Assembly (NCBI GenBank): GCA_964445525.1
Contig: CAYULA010000002.1
Span: forward strand, 34,576-98,575
From: an uncultured Thermoplasmatales archaeon
Lineage (GTDB): Archaea; Thermoplasmatota; Penumbrarchaeia; Penumbrarchaeales; Penumbrarchaeaceae
Direction of reading: 5' to 3'
DNA length: 64,000 nt
This document shows, in pieces, positions 56,031-64,000 of the stretch (the stretch's first letter is position 1; each line of letters begins with the position of its first letter). The position numbers and the translations under genes are program-made. The notes under the pieces are model-generated. The model saw nothing but the letters and a program-made list of their open reading frames with translations, was not told where the DNA came from and searched no databases.

Positions 56031-57956
56031 TCACCTCAGCCTGAATGTTTCGAGGTTCAATGGTATGGTGGTGGTCATGCCGTATTTTCTATGCAATGAG
56101 GATGCAAGGTCCATCTCCTTGGTCTCGTCGCCGTGATGGATTATAATCCGATCGGGTTTTGGATCCATTGTCGAGATGTAGTTGATCAACTGCTTGCGGT
56201 CGGAGTGGCCTGAGAATCCGTCAACGGTCTCCGCATCTATCTTCAGACTGACGGACATGGGCTTGCCCTTCTCCGATATCATCAGCTCCTTCATGCCCTT
56301 CTGTATCTTCCTGCCCAGGGTGCCTTCCGCCTGGTAACCGACGAACACCAGAGTGTTCCTCGGGTCAGCTCCCCAGTATTTGAGATACTCCATTACCGGA
56401 CCTCCGTTGAGCATACCTGAGGTGGCCAGGACCACGGCCGGTTCGCTATCGTGTATGATCCTGTCCCTCATGTCCCTTGAATCCACCTTCTGGAAGAATT
56501 CCGAAAGGAAGGGATTCTCGTTGCGCTGAAATATCTGTGTCCTGAGCTGATTGTTGAGGAACTCGGGATAGGCGGTATGAATGGCGGTGGCCTCCCATAT
56601 CATTCCGTCCAGGTAGATCGGTGCCCTGGGGATCTGACCGTTCTTCATCTGTTTCTCCAGGACTATCATGACCTCCTGGGACCTCCCCACTGCAAACACG
56701 GGGACAAGGACCTTGCCTCCCCTGGAGAGGGTCCTCTTCATGACGTTCCTCATCTGGGTAGCGGCTTCCTTCCTGGTGGGCTGGAAGTCCCTTCTACCGC
56801 CGTAGGTGGATTCCATCACAAGCGCCTCCAATCTGGGGAACTTGTTCGTGGCGGAATTGAACAGCCAGGTTCTCTCGAACTTTATATCACCCGAATACGC
56901 TATGTTGAAGAGACCGTCGCCCACATGGAAATGGGGAGATGCCGAACCCAGGATATGACCCGCGTTGTGAAGTGTCAGCCTGATGTCCGGTGCTATGTCG
57001 GTGGTTTCGTTGTATTTGATGGGTATCGTGTGAAGTATCTCATCCTGAACGTGTTTGGATTCGTAAGGTGGCCTCTTACCTTCGGCCACGGCGACCTTGA
57101 TGTAATCCAGCTGCAGAAGGGCCATCATGTCCCTGGTGGGAGCTGTACAGTAGATCGGCCCGTCGAATCCATACTTGTACATAAGGGGAACCAGGCCGGA
57201 ATGGTCCAGATGAGCGTGTGTGAGGACCACCGCATCGATGGAATCGAATGGCTGGACCTCCGCCATCTGCAGATATGGAGATGGATGGTCCTGTGATCCG
57301 ACGTTCACTCCGATGTCTATTATCACCTTGGAATTCCTGGTGGTCAGCATGTGGCAGGACCTGCCCACTTCCCTGTAGCCTCCGAGACTCGTGGTCCTGA
57401 CCCAGTTCTCGTCATCGGGAATGTCACGGAAGATCCTCCTTCCGACCTTTTTCAGGAAATTCTTCCTCTTTTCGGTCACACCCGGTTCCTTGAGGAACTG
57501 CCTTATGTCCTTGACACTTTTGGATTCGATTGGAGGTGTCCTGACAACAAGCGGGGCCCATCCGGTCCTTTTCTTGATGTCGTTGAGATTGGAACCGTGC
57601 TTGCCTATGGCAAGACCGGGAGAGAGGGCTTCTATGGTAACCTCGTTGGAATCATGATTGAAGGCAACATCGGTGATCTTTGCCTCGTCGGGTATGATCT
57701 CCTTGATTATCTCGCTTGCCTCGTTTACATCCTTGACCAGGGAGGAATGGGGTCTGATCGCTACCCTCCTCTTAAGTCCCTGGGCAAGTTTCCTGACCAG
57801 ATTGGAATCGTACACGAACTCGTCCATGCTCCTCGTCTTGATCACTACCACAGGTCCCTCGAAATCGACCTCGGTGATCTCCACACCTTCGGGCACTATC
57901 GATTCCACATCGGCCTTGATACGCTTTATAAGGGCCTCATAACTCGTTTTAACCAC
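56031..57956 (-). CDS. fttA: beta-CASP ribonuclease aCPSF1 / transcription termination factor FttA
   Basis: N-terminal KH domains, LGGYREVGRS, THAHLDH, NAGHILGS, MESTYG and GFSGHSD. Adjacent to psmB. Confidence 0.96.
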   Translation of the reverse strand: MVKTSYEALIKRIKADVESIVPEGVEITEVDFEGPVVVIKTRSMDEFVYDSNLVRKLAQGLKRRVAIRPHSSLVKDVNEASEIIKEIIPDEAKITDVAFNHDSNEVTIEALSPGLAIGKHGSNLNDIKKRTGWAPLVVRTPPIESKSVKDIRQFLKEPGVTEKRKNFLKKVGRRIFRDIPDDENWVRTTSLGGYREVGRSCHMLTTRNSKVIIDIGVNVGSQDHPSPYLQMAEVQPFDSIDAVVLTHAHLDHSGLVPLMYKYGFDGPIYCTAPTRDMMALLQLDYIKVAVAEGKRPPYESKHVQDEILHTIPIKYNETTDIAPDIRLTLHNAGHILGSASPHFHVGDGLFNIAYSGDIKFERTWLFNSATNKFPRLEALVMESTYGGRRDFQPTRKEAATQMRNVMKRTLSRGGKVLVPVFAVGRSQEVMIVLEKQMKNGQIPRAPIYLDGMIWEATAIHTAYPEFLNNQLRTQIFQRNENPFLSEFFQKVDSRDMRDRIIHDSEPAVVLATSGMLNGGPVMEYLKYWGADPRNTLVFVGYQAEGTLGRKIQKGMKELMISEKGKPMSVSLKIDAETVDGFSGHSDRKQLINYISTMDPKPDRIIIHHGDETKEMDLASSLHRKYGMTTTIPLNLETFRLR

Positions 57957-58121
57957 CCCTTGAAATATTGTTAAAAGGGTTATACCGTTCAGTTAGCTCA
58001 TAGTCCTTTACAGAACATTGGTGATTTGAAATATGATCACAACCGCCCAATGGCGAGGACGGTATTGCGATAAATAATGGATAATGGGAGCGGATTATCC
58101 CGTTCCGGCCGCACTTATGAT

Positions 58122-58763
58122 CTATTTAATATTTAATTTTTGCTTCCTTTTTTCGAGATCTTTCTCGGTTAAGGGTTTCCATCCTGATTTTGAGATCACA
58201 ACTATATCATAGCCGTTTCCGGAAGCGCTGTCCCTCCTCATTGCGGCATTCAGGGCCTTTATTGCGATATCAACACCCTGGCTGCTCGAGAGGTCCTCCT
58301 TGAAATTGTCCTCGAGTACACCGTAAGCATAGGGCGATCCCGATCCTGTTGCACAGTATTTATCGGGTATGGAACCTCCCGCGGCATCAAGTGAGTAAAC
58401 ATGTCCCCCGTCCCTGTCCCAGCCTCCGAGGAGGAGCTGGACCCAGTAGGGGAAGTATCTGCTTCCCGAGAGAATATTGGCTGTGAGTGTTGCAGCGGCC
58501 TTGATGGTCATTGGCTGGTCCCTCTTCAGCCTGTAAAGCTCTGCCTCTGCGGTTATGTAACGTGAAAGGTTCTGCGCATCTCCCACGAGGCCCGCCGTGG
58601 TGAGACCTATATGCTCGTCTATCCTGAAGAGCTTCTGCGTCTCCGTATGTGCGATGAGGGTTCCCATGGTGGCCCTGTGCTCGGTAGCCAGAACAACCCC
58701 GTCCTTGCATACTATGCCAAGGGTTGTCGTGCCTGTTTTCATCTTTTCCTGTTCGTTGTTCAT
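58122..58763 (-). CDS. psmB: proteasome beta subunit
   Basis: Propeptide followed by TGTTT, ATGSGSP.AYGVLE and RDSASG. Confidence 0.97.
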   Translation of the reverse strand: MNNEQEKMKTGTTTLGIVCKDGVVLATEHRATMGTLIAHTETQKLFRIDEHIGLTTAGLVGDAQNLSRYITAEAELYRLKRDQPMTIKAAATLTANILSGSRYFPYWVQLLLGGWDRDGGHVYSLDAAGGSIPDKYCATGSGSPYAYGVLEDNFKEDLSSSQGVDIAIKALNAAMRRDSASGNGYDIVVISKSGWKPLTEKDLEKRKQKLNIK

Positions 58764-58925
58764 GGGATTTAGCCTCCTTTAAAAGAACTTCGCCCTTCAT
58801 TCTATCCGCTATATATAAGGTTGTTGTAACCCGCCTGAAAATGGAAAATAACCAGGTCAGAAATATTTACCAGGGATTATCTATAAGTAATCATTAATAA
58901 TAGTTGACCCTCCCGGAGGAAATCG

Positions 58926-61900
58926 ATGAGATCACTTTCCCTTCCAACCGCCCTCGGTATTCTGATCATTGTTGTCGCGGGTCCCTCAAGCATGATAGCT
59001 GTGGAAGGGGACCAAGAACCTTTCGAGGATATCATCCCTCTCGACACCCAGGTTCCGCTTTCATTCAGGGGATGGGACAGAGACAGCGACGAAAACAGAG
59101 TGGATGACATGCTTTCGGGAAATGAGAACCTGGATGTCACCGAAGGTATGATAGGAATAAACGTCCACATGAAAGGACCCGTTACAGCCAAAGATGTGAG
59201 ATCCGTGATGGAAAGAGCTGAGGTCCTGGGTATGGATCCCGTTTTTCTGAGGGTCGGCTCCCATACAACTGCAATCTATCTTCTGGTCAGGGAATCCAAA
59301 GATTTCCGATCGCTTCTCATAGGAAACGTGGAATTTGTGGAGTACAGACCAATGACGATCCCATTTCTGGATTCGTCCTCGCCAGGGGTGAGGGCGGCCT
59401 CTTCCTCTGTTTACTCTCCTTTCACCGCAGAGGACCTTGGATACACGGGAGAGGGGATCACCATCGCTGTACTGGATTCCGGGGTGGATAACACTCTCCA
59501 CGAATCCCTCAGAGGGAAATACGAATACGGTGTTGATTTCACGGGGACAACGGTAGTCCAGGGCCTTGACCCCGATGACGTGGACGGCCACGGAACCCAT
59601 GTCGCCGGGACCGCACTGGGTTCCGGAGGAGGCACCGAAACCTACAGGGGAACGGCTCCCGAAGCCTCCCTGGTTGACCTGAAGATCTTCAAGACCTTCG
59701 GATCCTTCCTCGGGAACTCGGACCAGGCTTTCGAGTGGCTTATAGACAATCATGAGGAGAGGGATATCAAGGTGGTATCCTGCTCTTTCGGTTCCACCAA
59801 TCCGACATCCGGTCGCGATACAACCGCCCAGCTGGCAAACAGGCTGGTGGACGAGGGTGTCGTGGTTGTGGCCGCTGTTGGAAATGACGGAGCCCAGGGA
59901 ATACCGAGCCCTGCTTCGGCGGACAAGGTTATCTCGGTTGGAGCCTATTCGGATCAGGATACTATCGGGAGGGGAGACGATGTTGTTCAGGGATTCTCCA
60001 ACAGGGGACCGAGGAACAGCGACGGGGACCTGGACCAGACCGATGAATTGAAACCGGACATCTCCGCCCCGGGAAGGGACATCAGGGCCCCCAATCACAA
60101 TTCCGTTTTCGAGTATGTGGACAAGACAGGAACCTCGATGTCCTGCCCTCACATATCCGGAATTGCGGCATTGATGCTGCAGGCCAATCCCGAACTGTCC
60201 CCCTCGGATGTAAAATCCATTTTGAGAGACACAGCCCAGCAGGAATATTCCCCCTCAAGGCAGAATATCGATGACAAATACAATTACAGGTCCGGGTGGG
60301 GCCTCGTTGACGCGTACGGGGCTGTAAAGAGGTCTGTTGACCTGCTCAACCTCGAGATATCATCTCCGGTGGAGGTCGCTTCCGGGATCCCGCTTGATAT
60401 CAGGTTAACGGGTGAATTCACGAAGACCGAATACGATGAAACCCCGGACATTCACGAGATGGAGTTGAGGACCCCGTACGGTTGGGGAATACCTGACGAT
60501 ATCCGGACGGATCCCGACATGCTCGATGCGGATGTGGAGGTTATAGGCCCCGGAAGATCAGGGGACTCATGGATAACGACATTGAGAACATATTACAATT
60601 CAAGCTTCGAAGGGGCGGAACCCGAACTCTCCGTTACCGTGATACCCTCGGGCGGGGTAGGAGATTCCGGTAATGTACTCGGAACACTTACCATAAACGG
60701 GATCAATCTCAAAGCGGAGGTAAAGGAGATCAATATCACCGAAGGCCCCTCTCCTCCTGACCTCTCCATAGTCCCTCTTGCCATTTCATTTTCGGACAAT
60801 CTTCCCGAGAACGGTGACACCGTTGTGATAAACGTAAGGGTGAACAACACCGGCGGAAGGACCGTCGAGAACGCTCTGATCAGGCTCCTGGACGGTCCGG
60901 AAAGGACCGGGACGGTGATCGGAGAGGATACCATAATGGTGCCGTCCAGTTCATTCGGCATGGCGGAATTCGAATGGGTGGCCAATCCGGGGATCCATGC
61001 GATAACGGCAATAGCGGATCCGGAAAACGAGATAGCCGAATCCGACGAGGACAACAACGAGGCGGAGAGGCCCCTGACTGTCCGGGGTATAAATCCCCCG
61101 CCGGTTGCCCAGCTGGAAGTCAGTCCCTCCCAGGGAACCACCGTCACGAGGTTCGTGTTCGACGGGTCCTCATCACAGGACACCAACATAAGGGGAGGGA
61201 ACGTGGTTGCATACAACTTCGATTTCGGGGACGGGACCGAAAGCGGATGGGTGGATACATCCACAATAGAACACAGGTATCTTTCCGGTGGGAGCTACAC
61301 CGCATCATTGAGGGTCAGGGACAACGGCGGGGGGGAATCCACCAATGACGCGGAGGTGCAGGTCAACGTCTCCGAGGTTTCCTCCAGCAAGCAAGTCCTC
61401 TACCTGACCAACGATTCCAGGCTGGACCCGGACCCGGGTCCCCCGGGCAGCCGCGAGGTCGAGGGAAGGGTCGGTGAATGGTCCTCCGATCCCCTGGAAG
61501 AGACCAGAATGATCGGATCGCTTCTTTCCCTTAGAATGGAGATAACATCAATGGATCAGGGCGAGATGGAATACGAGATCGGTCTCCTGGTAGATGGTGA
61601 CGAGAGGGTCTTCCATACTGGATCGCAGACCCTCCTGGGAGGAGAGCAGAGCTTCCAGGTCGATATTACCATAGAGGAGCTGGTGGTGAAGGCTGGAGAG
61701 GACATATCCCTTGCCATATCGGCCACATCCTCAGCATCCGATACAAGACTGCTTGTTGGAGAGGACGGCACATTCCTGGAATACATGTATTACAATCCTC
61801 CCAACATGCCTCCCGAGGTGAATGCGGGAGAGGATATCGAGGTAAGGGTTGACACTCCCGTTACGTTCTCCGGTACAGCGGACGACCCCGACGGAAACAT

Positions 61901-63278
61901 CGAGAACATACGATGGGACATTGACGATGACGGAGTATACGAGAGCGAGGGGTTGCTTACCTTCGAGTACTCCGGATACAACGAGGAAGGCATATTCCAG
62001 GCGGTTCTTGAGGTGATGGACGACGACGGTGCCTGGTCCTCGGATTCCCTGGAGGTTATCGTCAGGCCATCAGACTACAATTTCCCTCCGTCGGTCACAA
62101 TCGATTGCGGGAAGAATTTGACGGGAATGGTGGAGATAACGGGCACCGCAGAAGATGACGTATCCGTCGAATCAGTTGAGGTAAGGATCGAATCCTCAGA
62201 TGGGGAAGTGCTGCCATGGACGGAAGCGGACGGGGAAGAGGAATGGTCCCTCGAATGGGATTCCAGGGGAGTTCCTGACGGTGAATACACCATCTCGGCC
62301 AGGGCATTCGACGGATCAGTTTACTCCGAGACCGATACCTGCCCGGTACGTGTCTCCAACATCAACACACCGCCGGAGATCATCGATTTTGAGATGGATC
62401 CTCCCTCCATGATATCGGGTCAGGAGATAATGATCATGATAACCGCCGTGATATCGGATCCGGACATTCCCGGAGACAGCCTGGAGGTTATCGTGGATCT
62501 GGGGAATCTGGAAGGTCCTCCGTCCCTGGCCCTTGCCGATGACGGCAGGGGAGCCGATGAAGAGGACGGGGACGGTATTTTTTCGGCCGTATTCGATCCT
62601 CCCGTTGATATCCAGCCTGGGACATACAGAATCTTTGTCGAGGCCCGGGATTCCGCAGGCGGTATCGATCAGGATTTTGTTGATTTCAGCGTGGTGTCCG
62701 ATATCATGATAATCCCCAATATATCCCCTACAGACCTTGATCCCGGCGAGGAGGTCCTCATAGAGGTGGAGATCGACACGACCCTTGATGTAATAATAAG
62801 GGCGGAATCCGAACTCTTTCCCAATGGTTCGGTGACCCTGAACGATCAGGGACTGGAGGGTGACAGGGTCCTCGGAGACGGCATCTATTCCAGGAAACTG
62901 GCAATAGACGGCGATCCAGGAAGGTATCCGGTCCTTATAATCGTGGAGGAGGACGGATCGGTCCTCTCCAGGGAAGAGATGGTCATCAGAATAGTTGGAT
63001 CTCCCCAGACCCAGGCGGATGAGGAATCGGGATTGGTATGGATCCTCATCGCGGGTGCTGTTGTGATATTACTCACTCTGGTCATTGTTCTCATGATAGT
63101 TCTGGGTCGGAGGAGCAAACCGGAGATTGATCCTACCCCGGTATACGATCTGCCAATGGTTGCAGAAGTGGTGGAGGCGGAGGTCCTAGAGGGAGAGCTC
63201 CCCGTCGAGGGAGAGATGCCAGAGGTATCCCAGGATCCCGAGTATTCCTATCAGGACGGCTCCCTCCAGGCCGAGTGA
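58926..63278 (+). CDS. membrane-anchored S8 subtilase with CARDB, PKD and Ig-like domains
   Basis: Catalytic triad VLDSG, HGTHVAG and GTSMSCP. CARDB DPENEIAESDEDNN, PKD FDFGDG and a C-terminal TM. Confidence 0.93.
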   Translation: MRSLSLPTALGILIIVVAGPSSMIAVEGDQEPFEDIIPLDTQVPLSFRGWDRDSDENRVDDMLSGNENLDVTEGMIGINVHMKGPVTAKDVRSVMERAEVLGMDPVFLRVGSHTTAIYLLVRESKDFRSLLIGNVEFVEYRPMTIPFLDSSSPGVRAASSSVYSPFTAEDLGYTGEGITIAVLDSGVDNTLHESLRGKYEYGVDFTGTTVVQGLDPDDVDGHGTHVAGTALGSGGGTETYRGTAPEASLVDLKIFKTFGSFLGNSDQAFEWLIDNHEERDIKVVSCSFGSTNPTSGRDTTAQLANRLVDEGVVVVAAVGNDGAQGIPSPASADKVISVGAYSDQDTIGRGDDVVQGFSNRGPRNSDGDLDQTDELKPDISAPGRDIRAPNHNSVFEYVDKTGTSMSCPHISGIAALMLQANPELSPSDVKSILRDTAQQEYSPSRQNIDDKYNYRSGWGLVDAYGAVKRSVDLLNLEISSPVEVASGIPLDIRLTGEFTKTEYDETPDIHEMELRTPYGWGIPDDIRTDPDMLDADVEVIGPGRSGDSWITTLRTYYNSSFEGAEPELSVTVIPSGGVGDSGNVLGTLTINGINLKAEVKEINITEGPSPPDLSIVPLAISFSDNLPENGDTVVINVRVNNTGGRTVENALIRLLDGPERTGTVIGEDTIMVPSSSFGMAEFEWVANPGIHAITAIADPENEIAESDEDNNEAERPLTVRGINPPPVAQLEVSPSQGTTVTRFVFDGSSSQDTNIRGGNVVAYNFDFGDGTESGWVDTSTIEHRYLSGGSYTASLRVRDNGGGESTNDAEVQVNVSEVSSSKQVLYLTNDSRLDPDPGPPGSREVEGRVGEWSSDPLEETRMIGSLLSLRMEITSMDQGEMEYEIGLLVDGDERVFHTGSQTLLGGEQSFQVDITIEELVVKAGEDISLAISATSSASDTRLLVGEDGTFLEYMYYNPPNMPPEVNAGEDIEVRVDTPVTFSGTADDPDGNIENIRWDIDDDGVYESEGLLTFEYSGYNEEGIFQAVLEVMDDDGAWSSDSLEVIVRPSDYNFPPSVTIDCGKNLTGMVEITGTAEDDVSVESVEVRIESSDGEVLPWTEADGEEEWSLEWDSRGVPDGEYTISARAFDGSVYSETDTCPVRVSNINTPPEIIDFEMDPPSMISGQEIMIMITAVISDPDIPGDSLEVIVDLGNLEGPPSLALADDGRGADEEDGDGIFSAVFDPPVDIQPGTYRIFVEARDSAGGIDQDFVDFSVVSDIMIIPNISPTDLDPGEEVLIEVEIDTTLDVIIRAESELFPNGSVTLNDQGLEGDRVLGDGIYSRKLAIDGDPGRYPVLIIVEEDGSVLSREEMVIRIVGSPQTQADEESGLVWILIAGAVVILLTLVIVLMIVLGRRSKPEIDPTPVYDLPMVAEVVEAEVLEGELPVEGEMPEVSQDPEYSYQDGSLQAE

Positions 63279-63731
63279 TGTTGAAAGGAAAACATAGGAC
63301 CCGAATGCGGTTCCGAAGACCGCCCCGGGTGTTATCGAATGCATCCATCCCCTGTGTTTCATGGGAAGGAGAATGATCAGGTATCCCGCAGTCGTCAGTA
63401 TCAAAAAGAGCCGTGCGCCCTCATACCACACGAATGAGAATGCCTCAAGAGGACCTCGATCCGTGAAATTTCCCAGAAAAGGCGGCAGCAGGGCAAAGGC
63501 ACCCAGAACGGGCCCCATGGTCCACCTGATCCTGCCTTTCCCGTCAATATCAGGAAGGACCGATCCCACGATCAATGCCGCAAAACCGAGACAGAGGATC
63601 TGGATCAGAGGGAAGGTCCTCTCGATCTCGGAGATGGTTATCCCTTGCTGGTATATGCCCAGGGAAAAACCTGTTGCGATCGACAGGACCGCTGTCAGCG
63701 ATACGGAAAGGTGAACCTCCCATCTGGGCAT
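63186..63731 (-). CDS. metal-dependent membrane hydrolase (YdjM-like)
   Basis: N-terminal His, GSVLPDID, KHRGWMHS and GYLWHLSLD. Confidence 0.85.
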   Translation of the reverse strand: MPRWEVHLSVSLTAVLSIATGFSLGIYQQGITISEIERTFPLIQILCLGFAALIVGSVLPDIDGKGRIRWTMGPVLGAFALLPPFLGNFTDRGPLEAFSFVWYEGARLFLILTTAGYLIILLPMKHRGWMHSITPGAVFGTAFGSYVFLSTSLGLEGAVLIGILGILGYLWHLSLDGELSL

Positions 63732-64000
63732 GCCATCCCCTTTATAAGTGGATCGGTGTGGAGTATATAAATGGTTTTTGTTCTCACCACGGCTCCTTCT
63801 TGACACCGATCCAGTATCCTATGTAATTTGCAATTGTGTGTGCAAGCCAGGCAACGGCAAAAAACAGTATCAGAGCTATCCAGGAGAAATCCGCTATGAG
63901 ATGATCGTACCACCACGGAAAAAAGGGGATTATGAAAATTGCGGTCCCGATCAGATAATCCCACTGGTCCAGAAGAGGCGTTCTGGTGCCCCTGGGCCTG

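Overview
This is an archaeal chromosome segment, shown by TFB, RpoD, the proteasome beta subunit, aCPSF1, archaeal uS4/uS11/uS13 and GAGGTG Shine-Dalgarno motifs. Gene content such as class II HMG-CoA reductase and many large type-I membrane surface proteins suggests an uncultured Thermoplasmatota lineage; this is inference, not a database result. From left to right the window holds: a partial LeuA-family synthase; a membrane-anchored Ig-repeat/double-wHTH regulator; a tungsten/molybdenum aldehyde:ferredoxin oxidoreductase operon preceded by exported truncated molybdopterin-oxidoreductase-like proteins and an ECF-S-like membrane protein; parvulin; TFB; an AT-rich island with a Schlafen/AlbA_2 protein; Fic, J-domain, GyrI and clostripain genes; several surface proteins; bacterial-type tRNA modification genes (DusB-like, queA, tgt); an Omp28-redoxin-CcdA fusion; an archaeal ATPase; a degenerate-HNH/GrpE fusion; a wHTH-STAND-TPR protein; an aldehyde dehydrogenase; tRNA-Leu(GAG) surrounded by sense and antisense copies of its own fragments; rpoD-rps11-rps4-rps13; hmgA; a presenilin homologue with a large insert; aCPSF1; psmB; and a large S8 protease. 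The strongest leads are the tRNA-Leu-derived branched RNA structure, queA plus bacterial-type tgt in an archaeon, a possible pterin-cofactor uptake module in the AOR operon, and the HNH-GrpE fusion. All family calls are by motif recognition and no searches were run. I saw no CRISPR array, rRNA, integrase or transposase.
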